64,000 nucleotides of DNA from contig MU057947.1 in NCBI GenBank assembly GCA_013265495.1, positions 506,048-570,047 on the forward strand, given 5' to 3'. Below, one piece after another: positions 50,555 through 62,100 of the stretch. A program made the translations under genes and the position numbers. The DNA comes from Vicugna vicugna. Lineage: Eukaryota. The notes below the pieces were generated by a model. It saw nothing but the letters and a program-made list of their open reading frames with translations. It made no database searches and was not told the DNA's origin. The stretch's first letter is position 1, and each line of letters begins with the position of its first letter.

Positions 50555-51675
50555 ATTTTTAACACTATGTTGAGATATCACTTTAGGTACTCTGAAAGTC
50601 AAGCATGTAAAGTTTGCAGTTCAGTAGTTTTAAATATATTCATAGTGTTGTACATCATCACCACAATCTAATCTTAGAACATTTCGTCCACCCCCCAAAA
50701 TAGGACCCTTTTACCTATTAGCAGTCGGTTCACTTTTACCTGTTACCTGTTCCCTCTCTTCCTGACCCCAAGGCAACCACAACTAGTCTCTTTCTCTCTC
50801 TAGGAATTTGGCTGTTCTGGCAATCTCACATAAATGGAATCATGCAATATTTGGCTTTTTTTTTCTATTGTGCTTTTTTAAAATTTGAAGTATAATCAGT
50901 TTACAGTATTGTGTTAATTTTTGGTGTACAGCATAATGTTTCAGTCAAACATATACGTGCATATATTTATTTTTCATAATAGGTCACTACAAGATATTGA
51001 AGACAGTTCCCTGTGCTCTACAGAAGAAACTTTTTGTTTATTTTATAGGTAGTAGTTACTATCTGCAAATTTCAAAGTCCCAGTTTATCCTTTCCCACCC
51101 CTTCCTCCCCTGGTAACTATAAATTTGTTTTCTATATCTGTGAGTCTATTTCTGTTTTGTAAGTAAGTTTATTTGTGTCTTTTTTTTTTTAGATTCCACA
51201 TATGAATGATATCATTTAGTATTTTTCTTTCTTTCTAATACTTGGCTTTTTATGTCTGGTTTCTTTTACTTAAATGTTTTCAAGGTACATACATGTGGTG
51301 CCATGAATCAGTACTTTATTCCTTTGTGTGTGCAATATTCTGTGGTATGGATAGATCACATTTTATCTGTTCATCAGTTGATGGACCTTTTGGCTCTTGT
51401 CAATCATGCTGCTGTGAACATTCACATGTAATATTTTGTGTGCCTGAATATTTTCATTTCCTTGTGAAAACCTAGAAGCAGAATTTCTGGGTCATCTGGC
51501 AATTCTGTATTTAGCATTTTGAAGAACTTCCAAACACTTCCAAAACAGCCACACCATTTAACATTCCTCTCAAGAATATATGAGGTTTTCAGTTTCTCTC
51601 CATCCTCACCAACACTTGTTACTGTCTTTTTCATTTTAGCCATCACAGTGGGTGTGAAATGGTGGCTCATTGTGT
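50555..51675 (-). mobile_element. L1MB-like 3' end and ORF2 C-terminal remnant, interrupted by a nested L1
   Basis: catcaccacaatctaatcttagaacatt...taaatggaatcatgcaata. Minus-strand ORF 51422-51670 (HFTPTVMAKMKK..VGEDGEKL..ELPDDPEILLLG) is L1 ORF2-like. Confidence 0.85.
50861..51236 (-). mobile_element. Nested 5'-truncated L1 3' end with 15-bp TSD (1 mismatch)
   Basis: TSD aatatttggcttttt (50846-50860) and aatacttggcttttt (51237-51251). Contains tagattccacatatga, the reverse of the ORF2 stop region. The 3' UTR is related to that of 38436-39090. Confidence 0.88.
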
Positions 51676-51809
51676 AAAGGAGAGGCAGATGATGGAGCTG
51701 GACATGACGAGCGGGTTTCTCTTCAAAACAGGGCTACTTGTTGGCTCCACAATTATAGGAGGTCACAGGGAGCACACTTGGTAAACTATTTACTTTTTCA
51801 GAAACGTTA

Positions 51810-52460
51810 TTTTAGATGGAAGTGACGTTTAAAAGTACTTGTATTTAAAATATAAAGTATTGATGTAATTTGACATGTATACCACAGTCAAAATAATGAA
51901 CATCCCCATCACCCCCCTTGCAGCTTTGTAACCCCCCTCTTGGCCCCTCCCTTCTAACACATCCCTGCATCCCCTCTGCAATCACTGATCTGCCTTCACT
52001 ATACAGTAGTTTGAATTTTCTGGAACTTTGTAATGGACTATGTGTATTATGTATATTTTATTTACATAAAATCTTGGAGCTTTGTAAATGGATTCATGTA
52101 GTCTGACTTCTTCCAGCATGCTTATTTTGAGATTTATCTGTGTTATGTACATCAGTAAGTAGTTCATGCCTTTTTTTTTTTTCTGGGTAGTATTCCATTG
52201 TAGGGGGTATAATACTTCTATATCATCTGTTGTTATAGAGTGGGGATTTTCTCCCAGTCTCGCTATTACAAATAAAGCTGCTGTGGATGTTGTGTAAGTC
52301 TTTGTACAGACGAGCTTTTACTTCACTTAGGAGTGGATCATATGACAGTGGGTGTTTACCACTTTCACATGTTGCTGCAGTATTCTCCTGCTGTACCATT
52401 TTGCTTTTCTCCCAGTAGTGTGTGATAATTCCAGTTCCTCCATATCCTCCCCTTCCACTT
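51810..52460 (-). mobile_element. Old L1MC/MD-like 3' fragment
   Basis: atcactgatctgcc...tattacaaataaagctgctgtggatgttgtg. Confidence 0.65.
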
Positions 52461-52479
52461 AAAATCATTTTCCTTCTGC

Positions 52480-54010
52480 TAAAGGACTTTGCCATTTCTT
52501 TAGTGGGGATCTGCTCGTGATTTTTTTTTTTTTTAGGTTTTGTGATCTGGAAAATATCTTAATATTTGAAAGTCTTTTTTCTGAGCATAAAATCTTAAAT
52601 TGAAGTTTATTTCCTTAAAGATCTTGTTCCACTGTCCGCTGGCTTGCATAGTTTTCGATCAGAAATCTGCTGTCATCCTTATTTTTGTTCGAGATGTTGC
52701 AGACTCTCCCACTTACAATACCTGAGCTGTTTCTAAGATTTTCTTTGTCACTAGTTTTGAGCAGCTTGACCATTTTATGCTTTTGTGTAGTTTATGTTTC
52801 CTGGGCGTCGGTTTCATTGAGTTTGGTTTAGTGGGTATATAGTCTTCATCAAATTTGAAAAATGTTTGACCATAATTTTTTACATATTCTTTGCTTCTTC
52901 CGCTACTCTGTCCTTTGGAGCTACCAGTTAACCTATGTATTTGGCTGTTTTGAGTTATCTCAAAGTCTTTAGTATTTTGGTTTTCTTAATTTTTTTTTTA
53001 CTGTGTTTTAGATAGTTTGTTTTCAAGTTGACTGATCTTTTCATCTGCGCTGTCTAATCTGCTGTTATTTCTGACCAGCGCATTTTTCTTCTCAGACATT
53101 TTCATTTTTAACAGTGCCATTTGTCATTTTTATAGCCCACATTTTGTTCTTACCTTCTTGTCATATGGAATACTGTTATAATGGCCGTTTAATATCCTTG
53201 TCTGTTTATTCTAACATCTCTGTCAGTTTGGGGTTGGTTTGGGTTTTTTATTCTCACTGTGGTGCATAATTTTCTCCTTTTGTGCCTTTGATAATTTTTA
53301 ATTGGATACTTTGTATGTGTGTTTTGCGGTTCAGTGCTGTATATTTTGGGTTTTTTAAAAATATATTCTTTAGCTTTGTTCTGAAATGCATGTAGGTTAC
53401 ATGAGAAAGCAGTTTGATCCTTTTGGGTCTTGCTTGTAAGATTCCTCAGTCGGTGCTAGAATTGTGTTTAGTCTATGCCTCATTATTTCCCACCACTGAG
53501 GCAAGACTCTTGAATACCATACTTCCTGTCATGTGAACTGTGGTGTCCCGCCCGTTAAGTGGGAACAGGTGCCTTTCCTCTTGAGTCTGATTGCCCAGTA
53601 ATATTGCTGCTAAGCTTCCTGTGGTTCAGTCCTTATAAGCATCTTCTTGTCAGGGCCCTGGTGACACAAAGGGGCCTCTGCCCGTCTCTGTAGCTCTCCT
53701 TCTGCACACTCTCTTCTTCCAGATCTAACCACTCTGTTGTCCTGGGACTGTGGCTCCGTTTCTTCCACTCAGGAGTCCTCTGGTTTCTGCCGGGGTTCCT
53801 TCTACCTTTGCCACAACCTCGAAGCTCTCAAGACAGTCGGCCAGGACAACCTCAGGGCTCACCTTGTCCGCTGCCCAGGCTGTTACTTACTTTCACTGCC
53901 TGATGTCCAGTGTCTGGAAGACCACTGTTCATATATTTTTGTCTGATTTTTTTTTTTAGTTTTTTAAAGCCAGGGTAAAAGTGCTACCCCTGTTCCTCAT
54001 CTGGCCTAGA
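52480..54010 (-). mobile_element. Old L1M 5'/ORF1-region or HAL1-like remnant
   Basis: ttccactgtccgctggcttgcatagttttcgatcagaaatctgctgtcatccttat and tctgcgctgtctaatctgctgtta resemble reversed L1M ORF1-region sequence. Confidence 0.6.
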
Positions 54011-54327
54011 AGGAGCAGCTGTTAAGCTGCTGTGCTGTTTCTCACAGTAAGAGTGTCCACACACTATGAACAAACCCCAAGGAAATCTTCAAAAGGGCAT
54101 AATGTGCTTTTAACAGAAAGTCCCGGCCCCCATGAATGTATAATGTTAATCTACATCCATGGCACAAATTTAGAAAACAGCAAAACTCTAAGAAATAATT
54201 TCACAATTCCATCACAGAAATACTCAGCGTAGCATTTGCTCTTAGCTTTTCTGTATCTACGTCTGTGTAGGTATCTTCCTGGCCATCCAAGTTTTATCCT
54301 GGTTCTTAGCCTCTGAATGGTTTCATA

Positions 54328-54915
54328 TGTGTCGTAGATAGAATTCTAAGTGACCCTCACTGATCCATGACTTTGTATGACCCCTTCTCTTTGAGTGTGG
54401 GCCTGATAGGTTTTCACTCCTATGATTATGGCAAGAGAGTTTTGCAGGTATAATTAAGGTCCCTAATCAGTTGAGCTGATGGAAATGGAGATTATCCTGA
54501 GAGGGGCTGCCCTAATTGGGTGTGCTCTTCAGAGGAGGCTGAGATCCAGAGGCAGAGGAACTCAGAAACACGCGTCTGCCCTCCTCTGTGAATGCACACA
54601 CGTACGTTGTAAGAGGAGTGTCTGCTGGCAGGGCGCCTCACGTGGCCTTCCTGATCAGAGAGTGGGTCCTGGCTAATGGCTGAGAGGAAGAGGGGACCCC
54701 CCCACCCTACAGCTGTGAGGAAATGAGTTCTGCCAGCAACCTGTGAGTTCAGGAGTGTGCTCCGACCTCAGCCTGGTGAGACTCTGAGCAGAGGACCCAG
54801 CTAACCTGCACCTGGACTCCTGAGCTGTGGAGATTATGAGGTCATAAATTGGGGTTGTTTTAAGCCACTGAGTTTGTGGGAATTTGCTATGCATAAGTAC
54901 AGAGGGAATAGAATA
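54328..54915 (+). mobile_element. MaLR solo LTR, MLT1E/F-like
   Basis: agaattctaag...taattaaggtccctaatcagttga...gagattatcctg...ttctgccagcaacctg...gttgttttaagccactgagtttgtgg. Confidence 0.85.
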
Positions 54916-57633
54916 TGCATTTTTTACATCATTTAAAAATGTCTGTAAATGAAATGCTTTCATCTGTGTTTATATTGGCCTAGTTTAGTCCTTTGTCCCT
55001 TTCTTTGTCACGTGCCTCCTGTGCTGCCACACCTACGTGATCACACTTGCACCCCCAGGAGCAGGAGCAGCTTGGTTCAGCGTGGCTGAGCCAGGACCGA
55101 GTGTCCATTGAAGGTGCTTGTTACGAATGCGGGCCCTGGGCCCGGAGGCCCCGCTCGGGGGTCACGGGCAGCCTCCCGCTCCCTGCACGCTCGCTCTCGC
55201 CTGCACAGCGATGGGAGTCGCTCACCGGCTTCACGGGGCTGGTGCAGTGTTTGGAGAACACTCAGCATCGTGCAGACGCCTAGCCAGGGCTCCACGAGTA
55301 GTGCTGTTTTTACACCTGCCGTGTTAAGCATTGCACACGCACCTCTCTACCTCCCGAGCTTGGCGGACGGGAGGAACTGGACCGTCTGGGAGGCCCCAGC
55401 CCGGACGGTCAGGAGAAGGGAAGCTGGGCCGTGCGTGCTCCCGGCAGGAGCCTGCGCCGCTGCTGTGAGCCCTGGGGGGCTGCAGACGGCCTCCCTCTCG
55501 GTGTAGTTGCGTTGCTCTGGGTCTGTTGAAGGCTGGGAAAGGCCTGTGTTTTGATACCGTTCTTGTTTGCAGGCACTGGGGCACCCACTCCCCACCCTGT
55601 TAACGGGCAGGTCCTTAGGGCACCAGGCAGGATTGGCTGCTGTAGTGGTGCCTGAGGAAGGGGTGGGGCCAGCCCAGCCCCTGTGCCTTGGGTCCACGTC
55701 CGCCACCTGATGTTGACATTGTGAGTGGCCCTGAGCAGGAATTCCGAGTGGCCTGGCTCCTCCCGTGGCAGTGTCATCATGTGTCCTCGGTCCCCAGCTC
55801 GTGCCTGAGAAGGGCATGTTATTCTCCCACAAATGCCGCTACCCACCTGTGACCTTTGGAATTCCATGGCCCAAATCCTGTGGAATTTGGTTTCTTTACC
55901 CATGTTATGACTTGCATGGAGTGAAATAAAATGTTCATATTCATAAGCTACTTGTGGTCTCTACCAAATGTATAGAATAGTCAAAACTGAAACTTTAATT
56001 TTGGCAGAGTTGAAAATCTTGTGCTTGGAAATTTTTCATAGTCATATAACCTACGTCAGAGAGGATGTGCCATCATCCGCAGTGGTGACATGCCAGGCCC
56101 TGTGACCAGGCCACGCCCCACGGTCCCTCCAGGGGCCGGCAGCCCCAGCCTGAATTCAGCAGCGTCCTGGCCTCCTCCACCCTTGCCCTGAAGCGGAGCT
56201 TCCAGTCCTGCCTCCTCCCTGTCTCTTCCCTGCCCCTCCTAGCAGCAGAGGGTTACCAGGTCCTGTCGGTCACTCTTCCCTTTGGCTCCCAGTCTGAGGC
56301 CTCACTGTCTGTCCCCTGGAAGGTGGGGGTGGCCCCTGAAGTGACCCCTGTGTCCAAACCTTAACGTTAAATAGTCCAGCCCCGAGTCCAGGCGAGGACC
56401 CATGCTCGCTCGACGGGCTGGTCACGGCTCGCCGCGGTTTCTCTGTTATTCCCTCCTCACCTGAAGGTTTCAGCCTACTGTCTTCCTCCTTGGAAACATA
56501 TTTTCATAGATAATGTAAAATTTAATGCAAAAATAGAGCTCACTTTACAGTTTAGTTGCTTTGAGCACATATAGTAAACTGAAATGTGTCTGTGTGAACT
56601 TCTCCCTGGAAATTACCTGGAGCTGGCAGTTCTACGTGAATTGGAAACTCAGGTTTGGAATTTTGATTCATCAGATGGCTAACTCAGCATTATTTACATT
56701 TTAATAAATAAAGCAACTGGATACAATGTGAGCAAATCTTTCCTCTATATTTTGCGAATCTATATCAGAGCAAAATGAGAATCTATTTCTATTTTGTAAT
56801 GAATCGTTTCTAGCCATGGAATTGCTGGCAGAGGCAAGAAAGTATGAATCTTATTTTTGTGAATCGAGCCAAGAGAAAGAACGTCAACTTTGAAAAGTGT
56901 GTCATTTCCCATTCACAGCTTAATGAAAAACTCAGAGAGGCTAGAAGCTCTCTATAAACATTCTGATATCAGCATTTAAGGTACAGCCAGGTAGGGTGCA
57001 CAGGCATTTAAGGGATTCACAGCTCGCAGCTTACTGGCACTCTGAACGCTATGAATCTTGTCCCAGCCATCGCAGTCTTGATTTTATCACAGAAAGGGCC
57101 TCTTATGAGGACACGCTGGTGCCGGGTGCAGTTTAACAAGCCCAGCGAGGGGCTCTTGCCTCCCCGTGCAGCAGGTGCGAGGAAGCTGGTCAGAGCACCA
57201 TCGCCCACCTGAGCGGAGCTTGGCCCAGACATTTAGTCAGAAAGTGTCTGAAAATGATGCAGAGGTTGGGAGTGGTGTTTAGCCGAAGCTTCCAGAGGCC
57301 GGGCCGGGGGAACAGGCAACTGTGTCGGGATGGCTTCCCATGGATGGAGTTGGTCAGCGTTTCATAGTAACCATCCTCGGGCAGAGGGCAGTTTTGGGCA
57401 GGACCTTTCCTGTGTGTGGTGGGCGGTCATCTTTTGAACCGTAACCATTTTCAGTTAGTTTTTGAAAACGCCAAGCACATTTGCTTATTACGGAAGGGGT
57501 ACAAGCAGGTCTGGAATGGCTCGAAAGGAGCAGAACAGAGCTCGGGGTGGAGCGCTCTGTGTCACCGGGCACGCGTGGGCCCATGGCCACTCTCCGTCCT
57601 CTGCCTCCGCGGGAACCTGTCCACGCCCTGGAC

Positions 57634-58870
57634 CAGAGCTCCCGGCATGTGTACTGCAAGGCTGACCAGTGTCCGCGAGGCCCAAACTGTTTGCACGGTG
57701 ATTACCACTAAGACCTGGTGCCTTGGTCCCTGTTGGCTTTTACGCCGATGGTGCAGAGGCAGTGGGGCTGACTCAGCTGCCCGGGCACCAGCCCTGCCGG
57801 TCCTCACTGTGTCCCGCATCCCCTCCTGTTGGCAGGGGAAAGCGTTTTCCTGTAAGAACGTTATGTTGCTGATATTAAATCTTGACCCTCGAGCACCTCT
57901 CTTTTTCGAAGTGTGCACAGAGCACTCTGCCACTGCCGAAACGGGGCATCTTCTCAGGGGAGTGTGTGGTGTGATGGAGCCACTTTCTCCGTGAAAGACC
58001 ATTTCCCCATTGAGAATAAGCAACAGGCCACCCTGATCACTCAGGCTTGGGTTTTTGTCTGAAGTTTGCTCAAGTGAACAGAGTGCGCCTCTCATTTCCA
58101 GGAAAATAGCTTATGATCTTTGTTGCCAATGATAAAGTCTGAGCTTTCAACTGAAAATTAGCATTTGGAGGAACTTGTATATACCTCCCTGAGCATGACA
58201 GCTTCTTGGTATTTTAAACATTTTCCACCCATTATCAATATTGTACTAACTGATATGAATTTTGTTGCTATCCTATTCAAATATAGAAATATCTAGGAGA
58301 TTTGCATAGGTCAGTGAACTAGTATTTTCCAAATGATTGATGCATAATGTTACAAAGTTATGTTTGGGTCAGAATCCAAAATGCAAGATAGAATGATGGA
58401 TGTAACAGTGGCAACAGCTCATTGGTGAGGACGTCACAGCTGTCGTTGAGGTGCTACCTCGTGCTGAGTTCTGATGTGGAACCAGGGGGAACGTCCACAG
58501 TCAGCAGAGAAGGAGCTTCCTCGTGGGCTTCAGCCAGAACCATGTATGGTGACAGCCTGAAGGAGCGGCAGCTGTCAGGAGCCAGCTGTCTTCTGTTGAG
58601 CCAGCCATTCAAGACATTCTCAAGAAAGTAAAACCATGCCAGTACTGTTTCCCAAAACAAACAAACCAAAATTCATTATTTGTTCTAAAAACGTTTGTGA
58701 CAATATGAAACTGGTTTATAGTTACTTAAAATGAATTACCAAATATTTTAGATTTCTCAGCTTTAATTTCTAATACAGTAAATACCCAGAGATATAACCA
58801 ACATGGAAAACAAACAGTTTTTAGGGTCCTCAGTAGTTAAAGTGGAGGCCAGCAAGTCTGGAAACCACTG
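57634..58870 (+). mobile_element. Charlie1(a)-like hAT DNA transposon, near full length
   Basis: 5' end cagagctccc..gtccgcgagg. Internal tcagtgaactagtattttccaaatga. 3' end tttctcagctttaatttctaatacagtaaata...aaccactg. The flanking 8-mers ccctggac and ctccagac are consistent with a degenerate NTCTAGAN TSD. Confidence 0.85.
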
Positions 58871-59060
58871 CTCCAGACAGACGGCAGCCGAGCTTCCTGT
58901 TGGGTCTGTTGTGATGTGCCAGGCGGATGTTCTAGAGGAACATCAGGAGCCTCCTGGTTCTCTGGGCTCCCGTGTCCCCTCATCAGTCTCCAGAGAATGT
59001 CTTCAAGCATACCTCTCTGGTCACTCATTTATAAGTGATGGTTTATGAGAAAAGGATATA

Positions 59061-59169
59061 TGTATAAATATTTAAAAGATTTACATAGCTCAGTGAACTA
59101 GTGTTTTCCAAATGATCGACATATAATGTTACAAAGTAATGTTCGGGTCAAAATCCAAAATGCACGATA
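59061..59169 (+). repeat. Local duplicate of a Charlie1 internal segment (58281-58390)
   Basis: About 110-bp direct repeat, offset 779 bp. Confidence 0.9.
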
Positions 59170-62100
59170 TCCCTGTGTGCAGGGACCTTTGTTAGAATTT
59201 TCAAGAGCCTTGGAAGTCATAATTGTGGACAGAATAGATCTGCTATTTGAAAAGGCTCGGAGCATCACCTTCGAAAGGTGGGTCTTGGCCAGCAGCTTCA
59301 GATGCGTTTGTGTTTCTTCTTTTGGGATCGTTGGTCCCCCTTCCTTTCCTCAGTGATTTCTTCAACACCAGGTTTCTGGCAGAGACTTCAGAGGTGCAGT
59401 CCCTGTGTTGCTGATGGATCTGGAAGAGAAATGTATCACTTCTTCGTTTTCTTTAAACCTTAATAACTGAAATGCTTTGATTCCTTAGCTATTTTTAAAA
59501 ACAAAGTCTGGTTGTGTCACATTCTGGCACTCAGCTTCCGGACATACCAGCGATGGTCGTGTTGTGATCCGTCCCATTCTGCAGCCTTCTTTAAAGCTGA
59601 GTTGTCAACACCAAGGAAACAGTCACAATTCTGAGCAGGGACTTAAACGATACTGACGGTGAAAAGAGCACAGATGGGGAGTTTCTTGTAAATAGACTTA
59701 AGGACTAAAACAAAACGAAACAAAACAAAAACAGATTTTTGAGACTTATTCAGATGTGTTTAATCTTACATTTCTCCTCTGCTCTTTGAAACCCTGAACT
59801 CCTAAAAGGCTTGGATGGCGTTGCCTTGGAATCTAGGCCTTGAGCAGCACTTTGAAGTGCACGAGCACCTCTGAAATTGCTCTTGGATGCCGTGAGCTTA
59901 TACTGGTGGGTCTCACACCTTTCTCCTGCCTAACACACAGGCGGGGTGTGTCCTTGTTCGCAGCACCTGTGCTGAGGACACCAGTAACGACACCTGCCCC
60001 AGGGATGGCGGGAGGGGCAGCCATGAGAATCCTGAAAGGGTGTCTAATCAGAGTCCCTTCTCCTACCCCACAGATCCTACCTCTCTGCCACCAATACACT
60101 GCACCCCCTCAGGTGAAAAGAGCTGTAAATGTCCACTGGGGGCTGTGACGTGGCAGAACTGCTCTAAGATCGTGTACATCCAGGTGACATGTGACCAGGT
60201 ATTGCCAGGACACCCCTTCCCTCCCCCCGAAGCCCCGCTGAGCCTCGGAAGGCCACTGGAGCTTTGGCGTGGGCGGGGGTCAAGGGGGCTAGCAGCTGTC
60301 CCCAGGCCTCCGTGCCATTCCCCAGGACCCTGGTCTGTGCCGCAGCTTGTGATTCAGTGTTCCTTCGCTTCATACACCATATGGGGGCGATACCATTCGA
60401 ACCATCTCGAGTCCTTTTGTAGGAAGACTAAGGCACAAAGGCCAGAAACACAAAGGAGCATCCAGAGGCGTCCCTGGAACAGGCCCAGGTGCCCAGTCAT
60501 GGTTCAGGGGAACGGACGCACTTTTTTTCTTTCTACCAAGTGTTTTAACTAGATCTTAGAAATTTCTTCTCTCAACGAGGACCTAATAGTATATTCTTAG
60601 AAAAGACACATTCTTCCATGTTTTGGGAATTTCAGGGAACGCTTGCTTTTCAAGCCTGTGATAACGGGGTGTGCAGCCTCATGGTCAAAGCTGGTCTTTG
60701 TGGGGTCCGACCCACGAAAACAAACGTCCACGCATGTGGGCCGCAGACCTGCGCTGAACCAGGACTGGTCAACCTGGGGTCCGCGGGCGGTCCTCGGGGA
60801 GACCTGTCCATTCCCTGGAGGCGGCTAAGAAACTCTGACTGTCTGTGGATGTCTGCCTTTGGATGGATATTCATCTGAGGATGGAACTTGTAGCCTCCTC
60901 TAAATTGTCAGAGGTGCCTGTGAGCCTGTGTGTAACCACCGTGACCCTGCAGAGAGCCCCTGCTTTACATGCTCAACTTTGCACTTAATTCTTTTAAGTC
61001 CCTAATGCAGCTACACCAAGTGATTTAAAATTATCTAATTATCTTGCAGATTAAAACCTGGAGTGATCCGGCTCCTCCTAGTGAGCTGGCAGGGGCTCCC
61101 ACCTGTCTTTACACTCAACTGAAGGAATAGGAGACCGTTTTGGGATTAGTGCCAGTTTTTGAAAAGCATCCAACAGAGTTTGGCCATGGGGGGATCATGC
61201 CGGGACTGGGTGGGGACAATTCAAACACCTATATTTAAAGAAAGCAACCTGGACATGGGATTTTGTCTAGGCGCAGCTGAAGGGGCCGCAGTCAGATTAT
61301 GGAGTCTCCACGGGACTGTGAACGTCGCGGGCATCGTCCTCCCCCCAATACTTTTCCTCCCGGCCGGCGATGGGGGAGGTGGCGCGTGCACTGACTGAAT
61401 TGTGAACTTGGTGGAGTTTCAGTGATCTTCTCTGCCTTGGGGTGTCTGTGGGGCCCTGGAGTCATGGTTAAATAATGCCATGACTCTCCTAATTTATCTG
61501 CTATCCCTGCCCCCCCCCCAGAATTTATCGTATTCATTTCCTAAACACTTAAATTTCACATTTCGTCTCTATAGTAATGAGTTAAAAGGTCGTGAGCGCA
61601 GTGAAATCTAAGCGAACCAGAATCATCTTGGAAGAGCCTCCTGCGTGGTGGTTCTCCCTCTGTGTTCACGCCCCGGACGTGCTCCTCCCTTGGGGCGTCT
61701 CACCCAGAAAAACTGAGGGTCCTCCTGGCAGAGGCGAGTGAGCTGGGGGCCGGGACTCTGGCTTCTCCCTGGAGGGGCGCCCCTGAGAACCACGGGGCTC
61801 CGGTGGCTGGAGACTTCGTCGGTTTATCAAGATGCTTTCCTGTCTTGGTAACCAACATGTAACAGAAATAAGACTGAATCTGCTTTTGCTGTGACTCAAG
61901 GTCCAGAGAAGTCTTTTTCTCTCCAGTAGTGCGTCTCTTGCGATGTCCTGTTACAACCAGGAGTACAGTGATCTTGTCCCCCACAGCCCCATGTCAGTAG
62001 TGGGTTACAGCTGGGACAGAGGGGCCAGACTGCTCTGGGGTTGGGTGTCACTGCAGTGAGGCACGTGCAGGTGCCTGGGCCCTGGGTTGGGGGGCAGTGG

